The notes under the pieces: model-generated
What the model was told of the DNA's origin: nothing
Databases searched by the model: none
The model's input: the letters and a program-made list of their open reading frames with translations, nothing else
Part shown: positions 1-10,312 of the stretch, in pieces
How the letters are laid out: each line of letters starts with the position of its first letter
Numbering within the stretch: position 1 is the first letter of the stretch
NCBI GenBank assembly: GCA_965242965.1
Contig: OZ251518.1
Span: 352,001-416,000 of the forward strand
Length of the DNA stretch: 64,000 bases
Reading direction: 5' to 3'
From: Candidatus Poribacteria bacterium
Lineage (GTDB): Bacteria > Poribacteria > WGA-4E > WGA-3G
Program-made: the position numbers and the translations under genes

Positions 1-1746
1 CGCTTTGCCCGGGTCAAAAATTGCTACCTCCGCGCCGATTTGCTCCTCAAACCCGTGCAAGGTAATGCTATCGCCGACGCGGTGATCTGGCACATTTTCG
101 GCTTGCGCTAGTGCGAGATACTTGATGCACTCGTGCAGGAACGGCAAATAGACAGCACGGATGGGCAAATCGTTCCATTCTCTGTCAATCGTTGATGTCC
201 AGCAGAGGACGCGGCCCGTTCCGTGGGTTTTCTCAAGGAGCGCGGGGTTACCGTCGTCATACTCGGCGATGACGGTAGTGTCCCCTGTTACCACTGCCTG
301 AAAATATCGGTAGATGCGTGCTTTGCCGAAATCGCCGTGGTTCGGTTCTTTGAACGGCGCGAAAATCGGGTGCTCGTAGTTAACGGTGGCGATGACTTGA
401 AACTGCTCGCGAGCGATAGCATCCCCGACTGTCTGGACAAAGGTGCAAGGCATTAAGTCGGCAAGTGTCTGCTGATACACGGTGCTATCCACCCTGTCCC
501 CCGCGGTAACAATCAGTCCCCCTCCCGCGCTGATGTAGTTTTCCAAACGTTGTGCCTCTGTTGAGGTAAGTCCCTGCACGTTGGCAAGGATGACGACATC
601 GGCATTCGTCAGTCCCGCTGCATCCGGCAATTTCGTTGATACCGTCACATCTATCGGCACGGCGGTGTTGCCCACCTCAATTGCGCGTTTGAGAAAGAAG
701 AGTTCATCGCCATTTTGCGCGTCAGGTTCGCCGTTGACACAATGCACCTTAATCGCCTTTAAACTTTGTAACATAAAATAGCGTTTGCTGTCAACCGCGA
801 GTTCATCATCGGGGATTTCCACCCAGCCGGTATGCGTTGCCTCCGTTGGCAAAGGCGGCACTTTGAAGACTGCATCGGCGATGTCATCGGGTTCAATATC
901 CACTTGGGTGGTGCTGACAGATTGTCCATCAATGACAAGGTTCACCGGCACGTTTTCTACCGGTTCGTCGCCGAAATTGTGGAGCCGCGCGATGAGTTGC
1001 GCCGCTTTCTGTTCGGTTAGGACGACAGGCGGAACGCTGAGGCCGGTAATCGCGACGTTGCGCGGGTTCTCGGCACGCACATCGACAAAGGCGATGGTAA
1101 CATCAGGACTCAGTTGATCGGTTTCAATGACGCTCTCCCACCCCTTTTTCTGCATGTCTGCCACCAGATAAATCTGCTTTTGTCCGATGAGGAGCGGTTG
1201 CAGTATTTCGTCGGCTGTCTGAAGGGCATCGAGATAGTCAGTCGCTTCGTTTGTGACTTTGGCACCGTTGATAGCGGTTCGGATATGCGAAAACTCGGAA
1301 CCGAGGGGTGCCACGACGCGCGCTGTATCCGCCGAGAGGATAAGGCACGCGGCATCGGCGGTATCTAAACTGCCTAGGATGTTCAACGCCTCTTTCTTGG
1401 CCGTGGCGAACGTGTCGGCATACTGCATGCTGTAAGAGGTGTCGAGGATGATGACGACGTTCCGCTTACCGCCTGTCTGTTGCGGGTTTACCCCCGGGTC
1501 TGCGGCGAAGTAGGGACGCGCAAAGGCGAACCCTAGCAGTAGGACGATGAGGATGCGCATTAGCAGAAGCAGCATCTGTTTCAGTTTGTGCCGTTGCACG
1601 TTTGTCTGATGCGACATCTGGATGAAGCGTAGCGTGCTGAAAACTAGTCGTCGTGCGCGTTCCCGATTTAATAGATGTATGATGAGCGGCAGGGCGGCAC
1701 CTATTGCGCCTGCCGCTAAAAATAAAGGTGTCAAAAATCCTGGCAT
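1..1746 (-). CDS. BatA/VWA-domain membrane protein (partial, runs off left edge)
   Basis: Manual translation from ATG 1746: MPGFLTPLFLAAGAIGAALPLIIHLLNRERARRLVFSTLRFI (BatA N-terminal pattern), then a VWA MIDAS-like 'ILDTSYSM'; lies downstream of DUF58. Confidence 0.85.
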   Translation of the reverse strand, partial: MPGFLTPLFLAAGAIGAALPLIIHLLNRERARRLVFSTLRFIQMSHQTNVQRHKLKQMLLLLMRILIVLLLGFAFARPYFAADPGVNPQQTGGKRNVVIILDTSYSMQYADTFATAKKEALNILGSLDTADAACLILSADTARVVAPLGSEFSHIRTAINGAKVTNEATDYLDALQTADEILQPLLIGQKQIYLVADMQKKGWESVIETDQLSPDVTIAFVDVRAENPRNVAITGLSVPPVVLTEQKAAQLIARLHNFGDEPVENVPVNLVIDGQSVSTTQVDIEPDDIADAVFKVPPLPTEATHTGWVEIPDDELAVDSKRYFMLQSLKAIKVHCVNGEPDAQNGDELFFLKRAIEVGNTAVPIDVTVSTKLPDAAGLTNADVVILANVQGLTSTEAQRLENYISAGGGLIVTAGDRVDSTVYQQTLADLMPCTFVQTVGDAIAREQFQVIATVNYEHPIFAPFKEPNHGDFGKARIYRYFQAVVTGDTTVIAEYDDGNPALLEKTHGTGRVLCWTSTIDREWNDLPIRAVYLPFLHECIKYLALAQAENVPDHRVGDSITLHGFEEQIGAEVAIFDPGKA

Positions 1747-1751
1747 TTTTT

Positions 1752-2020
1752 TTGTTGTTCGCGAGGCGTTCGATAACGCCGTTGGTGCGTGAACATTTCT
1801 CGCCGTATATCCGTCATTGACGTTGTCAATGACTACATTTTTGTTTTTTGTTGTTCGCGTGGCGTTTGATAACGTCGTTGGTGTGTGAACATTTCTCGCC
1901 GTATATCCATCATCGACGTTGTCAATTTTTTGTTGTTCGCGAGGCGTTTGATAACGCCGTTGGTGCGTGAACATCTCTTCCCGTATATCTGTCATTGACG
2001 TTGTCAATGACTACATTTTC
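1752..2020. repeat. Three tandem ~82-96 bp units carrying a GTAG-hairpin (minus strand GTAGTCATTGACAACGTCAATGAC)
   Basis: Unit starts TTGTTGTTCGCG at 1752, 1848 and 1930; palindrome GTCATTGAC/GTCAATGAC. Confidence 0.85.
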
Positions 2021-2049
2021 GTTTTTTCGTTTTCCGCGTGGCGACTGCA

Positions 2050-2287
2050 AGGCATTGTGCCCACCTCTGTAGTTCGGGAGCGCCCGCTCCCGAACGGGTC
2101 AGGAGCAGGTGCTCCTGAACTACAGGGGTGAGGAGATCTGCCAGCCAAACGCGTGGCGAGGGGAACCCGCTCGGATGCGCGTGGGGCATGGCGAGGGACA
2201 GGCCCTCGCCCTACGGGCCGCGGCGGCGTTTTTTATAGCAGCGCGGGGTCTGTCCCCGCGACGTTAAGCGATTTATGAAACACTCTC
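2050..2287. repeat. Composite REP-like element with right end TTATGAAACACTCTC
   Basis: Modules GTAGTTCGGGAGCGCCCGCTCCCGAAC and GGCGAGGGACAGGCCCTCGCCCTAC, shared with other intergenic arrays. Confidence 0.8.
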
Positions 2288-2304
2288 AAAAAACTTGTCT
2301 CCCT

Positions 2305-3237
2305 TTAGGAGAGTCCGTGGCGTTTTGCCAAATAGGAGGTGAGCGCGAAATCGACAGGGGTTGACGTGCTGAGCAGGTTGTAATCGATATCCGCCTGCCG
2401 TAACGCCAAACTGTAGTCGTCAATAAACTGATTGAAATGGCTCAGATAACTCTCCTGAATCGCCTCTGGGGTTGTTAGCATCTCCGCCCCAGTTTCGGCA
2501 TCGACGAACCGAATGGGACGTTCATACGGAAAGGCGAGTTCCTGCTGCGCGAGGACGTGAAAGACGATAACCTCGTGTCCTTCGTGGCGCAGATGTTCTA
2601 ACCCTTTGATAACCTCTGCCTGGTTTTCGTCGTAGAGATCGGAGATGAGAATGACGAGCCCCCGCTTCGTCAGGCGTTCGGCGATTTGATGCAACGGCAC
2701 GCCGAGTTGTGTGCCTTTCGCGGTCTGGAGCGTCTCCAAAGTCAACAAAATTGCATGCAGATGCGAGGCACTGCTGCGCGCCGGAAAATACTCGTGAAGC
2801 GTCTCATCAAAATAGGCGAACCCGATGGCATCGCGCTGGCGCGCCATGAAATAGGCGAGGGAGGCGATGAGGAAGCTGCTATACTGCAACTTCGTTAGCG
2901 GTGTGCGCTGCGCCGAGTCCGTTGTTTCACGTTCATCAGCCACCGGATACATCATCGATTCGCTGGTATCCAGCAGCAGGTAGCAGTTGAGGTTCGTCTC
3001 TTCTTCAAACTGCTTGATGTAATACCGGTCGGTGCGCGCGTAAGCCTTCCAGTCAATATGCTTGGTATCGTCCCCCGGCATATACTGGCGGTATTGCGAG
3101 AACTCCACGCTGAATCCGTGATAGGGGCTCTTGTGAAGTCCGGAGATAAACCCTTCGACGACAAATTTGGCAATCAATTCCAGATTACCGATTCGTGCAA
3201 GAATCTCGGGGTCCAAGTATCTGCGGCCGTCCCTCAT
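2305..3237 (-). CDS. DUF58 family protein (MoxR-associated VWA-like)
   Basis: [45 protein letters not shown] motifs. Confidence 0.92.
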   Translation of the reverse strand: [310 protein letters not shown]

Positions 3238-3295
3238 AGTCGATGTTTCTCCGAATTGCGTTATTGCGTCATTACATTATTACGTTGTCGCGTTC

Positions 3296-5176
3296 CTACT
3301 TTTTCTTGAGGACGAGGAGCGTCAGATCATCGAACTGGTCTGCTTCGCCTTGGAACGCTATTACCGCGTCGTGGATGTGCTTAATGATGTTCTCGGCGTT
3401 CGGTTCTGGTAGTTTGCTTGCTTCCAAGGCATCCGGTTCAAGCAGTGTTTCATAATCCTCATCCGCAACGTTGATAGTTTCGGTGACACCGTCAGTGTAG
3501 TAGATGACGATATCGCCGCTTTTGAGTTGCACCTGCTCTGCGGCATATTCAGCGATGAGCGGCACCATGTCATTCGGGAACATGCCGAGCGGCAGCCCGC
3601 CGATATCTTCGCCTATCCACTGCGTTGTTCCATCTTGCCGCACAATCAAGGGTGGGTTATGTCCTGCGTTGAGCGTCGTGAGCGTATCGGTATCAACATC
3701 TAGATAGGTGTAGAAGAACGTCGCGAATTTTTCCTCTGTTCCACTTGCATAAAGCAGTGAATTGAGGGTGAGTGCCATTTCAGTGAGTTGTTTGGCTGTT
3801 TCCTCGTCAGGACTCGCGCCTTCCGCAGTTTTTGCGACTTCGGAGAGGAGCCCCGCGCGGAGTGTCGCCATGAGTAGTGCGGCTTGCATCCCTTTCCCGG
3901 AGACATCGGCGATGGCGAGTCCCCAACCGTTGGTATCAAGTTCGAGGCAGTCGTAATAGTCGCCGCCGACGGCACCGCGTGGTTCGTAAAGTCCGGCAAC
4001 TTCATAGCCGGGGATATCGGGTAGCGTTTCAGGGATGAGGTTCTCCTGAATTTTTCGCGCTTCCTCCATTTCAGCCTGTAATTGACGTGCTTCCAGAGCT
4101 TCTTGGTGCAGTTGCGCGTTCTCAATGGCGACACCTGCCTGCTTGGCAAAGGAGTCAAGCAGAATAGCGTCTTCATCGGTGAACGCCGTGATTCTCCCGC
4201 CGCGTTCTTCCTTATCGCCGACGACGAGGACACCTAGCACGTCGCCATCGCGTCCGAGAATTGGCACCGCCATGATGTTATCTGCGCCGAGGCGCACTTC
4301 GTCGCTAGTGTCAGTCTGCGCCGTTCTCCCCTCTTTAGCGACATCTGCCAACGTCTTTTCAGTATCGCACATCTTGTCGGTATCGCCGCCATTATCCAGC
4401 GAGATTATCAGTGGAAACTCAGCGGCCAAGGTTTCTGGAAAGGTATATTTCCATTCGATTTCAGCGTGCTGTGCGTGGCGAAGGAGCAGTCCGCCGGCGT
4501 TTGCATCTAATAGCGATACGGCTTGGTGGACTACTTGCTGTGCTGCGTCATCGGGTTGCAGCAGTTGGCAGATAAGCGGCGCGCTTTCAGCGAGCATAAA
4601 GAGTCGGAATTTTTCGCCTTGAATGCCCTCCATCATCTGCGAGTAGGCGATAGCAATTGAAATCTGGTGTGCGAGGATTGTGAGCAGTTCGTTCTCCCAT
4701 TCCTCCAGTTCGGTTCTGCCTAAAAACCTGCCGAGGCTCAGGACACCGAGCAGTTCGTCGTGGATTTTCAGTGGCACCCAGAGACGTGCATCTATGGCGG
4801 TGCAGACTGCCGCATGCCGAGTGAAAAACCCTTCGAGCCCAGTGGGTGGTGAACCTACCTGAATGAACGGATGTTGCAGTAACTCCATCATATCTTCCGG
4901 TTCCACGGGGATGAGAGGTAGTGTGCTGCCATCGCGCCGTTCGGGTGCAGATGCGGCGACACTGAGGTGGTTGTCCACCGGATGGTATCGCAAAATAGCC
5001 CCGCGCGTGCTCTGCAGCGTGCCGAGTGCAATCCGCAGATAGGTTTTGCTGGACACATTAAAGTTGCTATGTCCGGATATGAGCGTCTGTCCGAGTTGTT
5101 CTAATTCAGACAGACTGAAGATGAGCCGTTGTATTGTTTCTTCGGCTGTGCTGAGCTGCATGTTTCTTGTCCTCAC
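3296..5176 (-). CDS. GAF-GAF-PP2C (SpoIIE) serine phosphatase, RsbU-like
   Basis: VGGDYYD, IADVSGKG, NAGHNPP, YTDGVTE and DDLTLL motifs; two GAF-like N-terminal segments. Confidence 0.9.
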   Translation of the reverse strand: MRTRNMQLSTAEETIQRLIFSLSELEQLGQTLISGHSNFNVSSKTYLRIALGTLQSTRGAILRYHPVDNHLSVAASAPERRDGSTLPLIPVEPEDMMELLQHPFIQVGSPPTGLEGFFTRHAAVCTAIDARLWVPLKIHDELLGVLSLGRFLGRTELEEWENELLTILAHQISIAIAYSQMMEGIQGEKFRLFMLAESAPLICQLLQPDDAAQQVVHQAVSLLDANAGGLLLRHAQHAEIEWKYTFPETLAAEFPLIISLDNGGDTDKMCDTEKTLADVAKEGRTAQTDTSDEVRLGADNIMAVPILGRDGDVLGVLVVGDKEERGGRITAFTDEDAILLDSFAKQAGVAIENAQLHQEALEARQLQAEMEEARKIQENLIPETLPDIPGYEVAGLYEPRGAVGGDYYDCLELDTNGWGLAIADVSGKGMQAALLMATLRAGLLSEVAKTAEGASPDEETAKQLTEMALTLNSLLYASGTEEKFATFFYTYLDVDTDTLTTLNAGHNPPLIVRQDGTTQWIGEDIGGLPLGMFPNDMVPLIAEYAAEQVQLKSGDIVIYYTDGVTETINVADEDYETLLEPDALEASKLPEPNAENIIKHIHDAVIAFQGEADQFDDLTLLVLKKK

Positions 5177-5356
5177 TCATTTCCTATTATACCGCATTAG
5201 GCGTTGCTTTAGGGCGAGCGTGCTCGGGCGCGCCGTGCTTCTTTCAGTCGCGCCCGAGCCCAAACCGCCCGTGGACGCCCGCGAGTTTTCGTAGCGGGAA
5301 ATGGCAGGTATGGGATGGGGAGCCCCGCGAGTGGGGTTCCCCAGTGCGCGAACGCC

Positions 5357-5701
5357 CTATAGATTGTCAATGGCAGATTGTTCGTCGGGGAAGATGCCCG
5401 CATATTTCGCAATCGCCATCATGCGAAATGTGCGCTCCTGTGTTGCCGAGAGCCCACAGAAGTTCAGCGTCCCGTTGCGTTCGTCAAGCGTCTCAATGAT
5501 TTCAATGAGAATTGAGATGCCGATGCTGTTAATCAGCGCGGTTTTCTCAAGATTGATGACGAGTTTGGTTTGGCCATCTTGGATGAGGGTGTGCGCCTTG
5601 GCGGAGAGTGCCTCCCCGAGTGCATCGTTCAGGTACCCCTCTGTCTCAATCACGGCGTAACCCTGTTCATCGCGAATTTGGATATCAAATTTGTTCAACA
5701 A
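5357..5701 (-). CDS. STAS-domain anti-sigma factor antagonist (RsbV-like)
   Basis: 114 aa; 'LVINLEKTALINSIGISIL' STAS phospho-Ser motif; lies between kinase and phosphatase genes. Confidence 0.85.
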   Translation of the reverse strand: MLNKFDIQIRDEQGYAVIETEGYLNDALGEALSAKAHTLIQDGQTKLVINLEKTALINSIGISILIEIIETLDERNGTLNFCGLSATQERTFRMMAIAKYAGIFPDEQSAIDNL

Positions 5702-5848
5702 AACAGAAGCCTCCTTCTCCTCTGTAGCGTAGGTGAGGCAGTAGGCATCGCTCTGCGGAGTCGTTGATACCTATGCAACATAGGCATCGCGCGCGGGCGA
5801 TTGTTCCTACCGGAAAAGACATCAGCACTGCGTAACGTGCGCGATGCC

Positions 5849-6301
5849 TTAAGTCGTTTTCTTCTTGATGACACTGACAGTCGTCCCGTTCGTCCCACTC
5901 TCAATGTCAACTTCGTCCATGAGGGTTCTGACAATTTCTAGTCCCCACCCGCGCTTGTGCATGTCCTCATAGAGCCCCGGCCGCTTCGATGTGCTGGCAC
6001 CGGGCTCATCGTCAAACCCAATACCCTGGTCGGTGACTTTCAACTCCAGTTCGTCATCCTTCATGATGAACTCAATGAACACCCGCTGGTCATTGCTCCG
6101 GCTATGCTCGAAAGCGTTGATGCAGGTCTCGATGAGCGCGAGCTGTATCTCTTCAATCTGCCCCTCGTCAAAGTCCATCAATTCGGCGAGGACGGAGGCA
6201 ATCTTGGCGGCGGCAAGCTCCATATCCGGGTACATCGGGATAGTTAGGAGCACTTCGTGTTTAGCTTCAAGTGACACGCTGCGTTGCCCTCCTTTTTCCA
6301 A
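5849..6301 (-). CDS. Anti-sigma factor Ser/Thr kinase (RsbW-like, HATPase_c_2)
   Basis: E-xx-INAFEH, VTDQGIGFD and RGWGLEIVRTLMDEV motifs. Confidence 0.88.
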   Translation of the reverse strand: MEKGGQRSVSLEAKHEVLLTIPMYPDMELAAAKIASVLAELMDFDEGQIEEIQLALIETCINAFEHSRSNDQRVFIEFIMKDDELELKVTDQGIGFDDEPGASTSKRPGLYEDMHKRGWGLEIVRTLMDEVDIESGTNGTTVSVIKKKTT

Positions 6302-6388
6302 AATTTGTATGGAAGATGGTTCCGGTTATTAACGAAAATTCTGGCGAGAAATGACCGGATAAGGTGCATTCCTCACATTAACGTAACA

Positions 6389-6417
6389 ATTATACCATTT
6401 TTTCAAAAATATGTCAA
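6389..6417 (-). promoter_or_regulatory. Sigma70 promoter of the rsbW-V-U operon
   Basis: TTGACA-N17-TATAAT perfect consensus with TG extension on the minus strand. Confidence 0.8.
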
Positions 6418-6501
6418 AGTTAAATTTTTTCTCAAATTACCCGCGCGTGGCCCATAGCGCGAGAGTGGTTCGGATGAGTGCCTGCCGAGGAACAGCCGAT
6501 G

Positions 6502-7515
6502 CTATTCCTGATGCAACGTCACCGAACGGCGCGGCGGACTAAATTCCTGCGGCGTTAACGGGACAGCCTGCTTCTGATAAACCTGCACCCGATACGAACC
6601 GTTGTCCGGCACGAACATCAAACCGTCTTTACTAACGGCGACAGACTTCGGTTTCCGCAGGTATTTTTGCGGTTCCAAATCCGCCATATCGCGCATCCGG
6701 TTGGGGCTCGCGTTCGTCATCATATAGTCAAGCGCGACTTTCGATAACGTCGCATCGCCAAGGAACTTTTGCACATAACGGCCCTCGGCATTGAAGAGTT
6801 GTATCCGGTCATTGCCGGTGTCGGCGACGTAAACATCGCCGTGCGCGTCTACGTCAATGCCCGCCGGACGGTTGAATTCGCCGATGCCGATGCCGGGTTT
6901 GCCGAATGCGAAAAGGAATTCGCCTTCGCCGGTGAACTTCTGCACCCGGTCATTCCGCCAATCGACGACGTAGACATCGCCGAGTTCGTCAACGGCAATG
7001 CCCCACGGCATGTTAAACTCGCCTTCGCCGGTGCCATAGCTGCCCCACTGCAAGAGGAATTTGCCATCTTTGGTAAATTTTTGCACCCTGTGACTCAGGC
7101 TATCCACGACGTAGAGATTTTCATCGGTATCGAAGGCGATGCCCGCCGGTCCGCTGAGTTGCCCCGCGTCGGTGCCGTGCTCACCCCAGGTACCGATGTG
7201 TTCGCCTTCCCTGTTAAATGCCACGATGCGATGCAGAAATTCATCGGAGACGTAGAGGTTTTCCTCGCTATCGGCGATGATAGTGACGGGCCACGTGAAT
7301 TGTCCATCACCTTTGCCGTAGCCGCCCATCGTCCCGCGGTCTTCGTCATCGACGGTATATTTCCGGATCATCGCGGTGCCATCGCTGCGGCACATGATAT
7401 ATAAACGTCCCTCTTCACCAATGGCGATGTCAATCGGAAAGTTCGTCGTTCGTCGCATGCTGAGACACTTGAGGTAAGGAAAGCCTGCACGTAAGATTCC
7501 GTAAGGTCTTGCCAT
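6502..7515 (-). CDS. NHL-repeat beta-propeller protein
   Basis: Repeated G.GEF..P.GIAVD..G.VYV.D..N.RVQKF. Confidence 0.92.
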   Translation of the reverse strand: MARPYGILRAGFPYLKCLSMRRTTNFPIDIAIGEEGRLYIMCRSDGTAMIRKYTVDDEDRGTMGGYGKGDGQFTWPVTIIADSEENLYVSDEFLHRIVAFNREGEHIGTWGEHGTDAGQLSGPAGIAFDTDENLYVVDSLSHRVQKFTKDGKFLLQWGSYGTGEGEFNMPWGIAVDELGDVYVVDWRNDRVQKFTGEGEFLFAFGKPGIGIGEFNRPAGIDVDAHGDVYVADTGNDRIQLFNAEGRYVQKFLGDATLSKVALDYMMTNASPNRMRDMADLEPQKYLRKPKSVAVSKDGLMFVPDNGSYRVQVYQKQAVPLTPQEFSPPRRSVTLHQE

Positions 7516-7646
7516 AATTCACCTCCCGATAAGATGAGGATGTTTCGTAACTCCGTTTCGGTATTTATCCCCCTTGGGGGCAGGCGAATACCGGAAGGCA
7601 TTGTGCCCACGATGCGCCGCGGTTTGCAACCGCGCCTATCTGAAAC

Positions 7647-8783
7647 CTACGCGGAAAACGGATAAATTTGCTCAAAATTCCCGTTGACTATCGGCGTTGC
7701 ATCAATGCCCATCCACTGCTCTATCAGCGTTCCATAAATACCGCGGAAATCAATGGTATGCTCCATGTCTTCGCCGTGCACCCATCTTGAAAGTTCTAGC
7801 GAGGGGTATTCGGCATAGAGGCCGCCCTTCACCTTATCACCGATGATGAACGCGCCGCCGCCGGTCCCGTGGTCTGTCCCGCTAGCGTTGTCTCGGATGC
7901 GCCTGCCGAATTCGGTGAAGACGAGCATTACGACTTCTTCGGAGGCGTTATGTGCGCGCAGATCGGTGAAGAACGCCTGAATCGCCTCGCCGAGGTCCTT
8001 CAACAAACGCGGGTGCGCCGGGACTTCGTTGGCATGGTTATCGTAACCGCCGTGTTGCGCGTAAAAGAGACGCGTCCCGAGGTCTGCGAGATGCACCCGC
8101 GCCACGTCTCGGAGACTTTTCGCGATGCTGCTTTTCGGATACGCCACATCGGAGGTATACGTCGCCGGTGCCTTCTTGAGCTCGTCCGCGCCGTTGAGGA
8201 CATCCATTCCCGTTTGGCTGAGATAATCCATGACGATGCTGTTGCCGATGTTGCGGCTATACATCTGCTTGAACGTCTCCAGAGCCTGTTCGCGTTGCGA
8301 TTTATCGCCGATGCTGGTGAGCAAGCCGTAGTTATCCAAATCGCCGACGGAGGTGACAGGCGTACCGGCGAGGGCACACGCGCGCGGGAGTCCCTGTCCG
8401 AAACTCACACAGGTTAAGACGTTGTGTCCTCCCGGGTCTAATTCTCGCACGACTCTGCCCACCCAGCCTTCGTCGCCGATTTTTTCAGGTTCGCAGGTGT
8501 GCCAAATGTCCATCGCCCGGAAATGCGAACGGTTTGAATCAGGGTAGCCGATGCCTTGGACGACAGCGACATCGCCTGCGTCAAACATCTCCTTCAGCGG
8601 TGCGGCGTGCGGATTCCATCCAAGTGTGTCGTTCGTCGGTAAGACATCTTCCTCTTTAATCCCTACTACCGGCCGGGAATCGTGGTAAATCCCGTTCGTG
8701 TAAGGGATGAGCGTGTTCATGAAGTCGTTGCCGCCTGTGAGTTGCACGACGACGAGGACTGGTGCTTTGGAAGTTGCAGTCAT
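7647..8783 (-). CDS. DUF1501 family protein
   Basis: LVVVQLTGGND, NRSHF, GGYDNH, TEFGRR and GTDHG motifs. Confidence 0.9.
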   Translation of the reverse strand: MTATSKAPVLVVVQLTGGNDFMNTLIPYTNGIYHDSRPVVGIKEEDVLPTNDTLGWNPHAAPLKEMFDAGDVAVVQGIGYPDSNRSHFRAMDIWHTCEPEKIGDEGWVGRVVRELDPGGHNVLTCVSFGQGLPRACALAGTPVTSVGDLDNYGLLTSIGDKSQREQALETFKQMYSRNIGNSIVMDYLSQTGMDVLNGADELKKAPATYTSDVAYPKSSIAKSLRDVARVHLADLGTRLFYAQHGGYDNHANEVPAHPRLLKDLGEAIQAFFTDLRAHNASEEVVMLVFTEFGRRIRDNASGTDHGTGGGAFIIGDKVKGGLYAEYPSLELSRWVHGEDMEHTIDFRGIYGTLIEQWMGIDATPIVNGNFEQIYPFSA

Positions 8784-8813
8784 TTCAGTCGCCTCCTCCT
8801 GGCTCGGTATGCG

Positions 8814-10208
8814 TTATCCGAGTTGGTATTCGCGCGATGCCACGATGAGTTGTAGCATGCTGACGACTCGGCTTTCCATTTCCTCAGAAGCGTCTCCATC
8901 TTCAAAATTGAGCGGGCCATTCGCCGAGGCGAACTGTGTCAGATACCCGTGCGTGGTGTCGTTCACCTGCATCTGGCCGGCGAGTTCAAGACATTTGTCA
9001 ACGAATGCATCCGGGGCGGCATCGTTCCCTAACGGCTTCAGTTGCGCAATGAAGTCCTGAATGCCCGGTTTTGAGACATCGCTAACCTCCTTAACGGCGA
9101 AGTTAACGCGCGTTGTGAGAAGACCGCCGTCAATCCACTCTTTACCGGTATGCCATCCCTCCACCGTCGGCGGATTGAGGAGTTGTTGTCCCATCAAACT
9201 GGTTGCACCAGCGTATTGTCCCATGCCGGGTTCTGGGCTGTGATGCGTGTTTACCAATTTCAAAATCCCTGTGACGAGTTCTGTTGGGCTTTTGACTTTG
9301 GCGAAGCGCGCCGCCTTGAAAAAGTCAGCGTTGAAAAGCACCCGCAGAATGTGCGCCATATCCCCATCGGATTCCGTGAATGCGTTCGCGAGCGTTTCAA
9401 CCGCCTCTGCATCCGTAGGCGGCGTGACGTTCCACGATGGCACCTGCGGTTCGTCTGCGACGAAGAAGTTGTAAAGATGCCGTGCAATGAATCGCGCGCA
9501 AGCCGGTTGCGCCACGATGATGTCGATGATGTCATCGCCGTTGAGGTTCCCGGTGTGCCCTAAAAAAGTCTTCTCGCCATCGTCGTGTTCCGCTTCAACG
9601 AAGATGAATTCCGGCGAGTAGTAACCGTGCGGGTATAACGGAATCGGTTGCGCGAATGTCCAGCCGGTGAAGGCGCGTGCGCAGTTCTTAATGTCGTCTT
9701 CCGTGTAGTTGCCTACTCCCAGTGAGAAGAGTTCCAGCAGTTCCCTGCCGTAGTTCTCATTGGGTTCCCCCTTGCGGTTCTCGTTATTGTCAAGCCAGAA
9801 AAGCATGGCCGGATCTTGCGAGAGTGCGAGCAGGATATCGCGCATCTTCCCCATACCGACACGGCGAAACGTATCAATCTGGTCTGACGATGCGAGGATA
9901 TGCTGGTTCTTTCCGAGCCCCGTCGCGAAGACGTGGTGCCAGAAAAGTGCCATCTTCTCCTGCAGTGGACATTTGCTGTTGAGCATACGGTATATCCAAA
10001 TCCCGACGTATGCTCCCTCGCCACCGAAGTAACGTTGCAAGATGTCCTCTTCGATGGGTATCCCGCGTTCGGGATGCACGAGTTCCTCGACAACGTTTTG
10101 ATAACCTTTTTGGACGTAAGCCTCAAGTTCGGTTCGCGTTGTGCCGAATCCGGCGCGCCGCATGAGGTGCGCCATCTGTGCGACATTGTTATCATCGTTT
10201 TCTGCCAT
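8814..10208 (-). CDS. DUF1800 family protein
   Basis: HLMRRAGFG, EKMALFWH, NENYGRELLELFSLG and ARAFTGW motifs; ATG 10208 follows GGGAGG. Confidence 0.9.
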   Translation of the reverse strand: MAENDDNNVAQMAHLMRRAGFGTTRTELEAYVQKGYQNVVEELVHPERGIPIEEDILQRYFGGEGAYVGIWIYRMLNSKCPLQEKMALFWHHVFATGLGKNQHILASSDQIDTFRRVGMGKMRDILLALSQDPAMLFWLDNNENRKGEPNENYGRELLELFSLGVGNYTEDDIKNCARAFTGWTFAQPIPLYPHGYYSPEFIFVEAEHDDGEKTFLGHTGNLNGDDIIDIIVAQPACARFIARHLYNFFVADEPQVPSWNVTPPTDAEAVETLANAFTESDGDMAHILRVLFNADFFKAARFAKVKSPTELVTGILKLVNTHHSPEPGMGQYAGATSLMGQQLLNPPTVEGWHTGKEWIDGGLLTTRVNFAVKEVSDVSKPGIQDFIAQLKPLGNDAAPDAFVDKCLELAGQMQVNDTTHGYLTQFASANGPLNFEDGDASEEMESRVVSMLQLIVASREYQLG

Positions 10209-10312
10209 GATGAGCCTCCCATCTAGCGAATTTATCGCGATTTTGCGGTTTTCCAAACGGCATTTTATTTAGATTAACTTAATTTGTAAAAAATGTCAAG
10301 TTTTTTTGTCTG

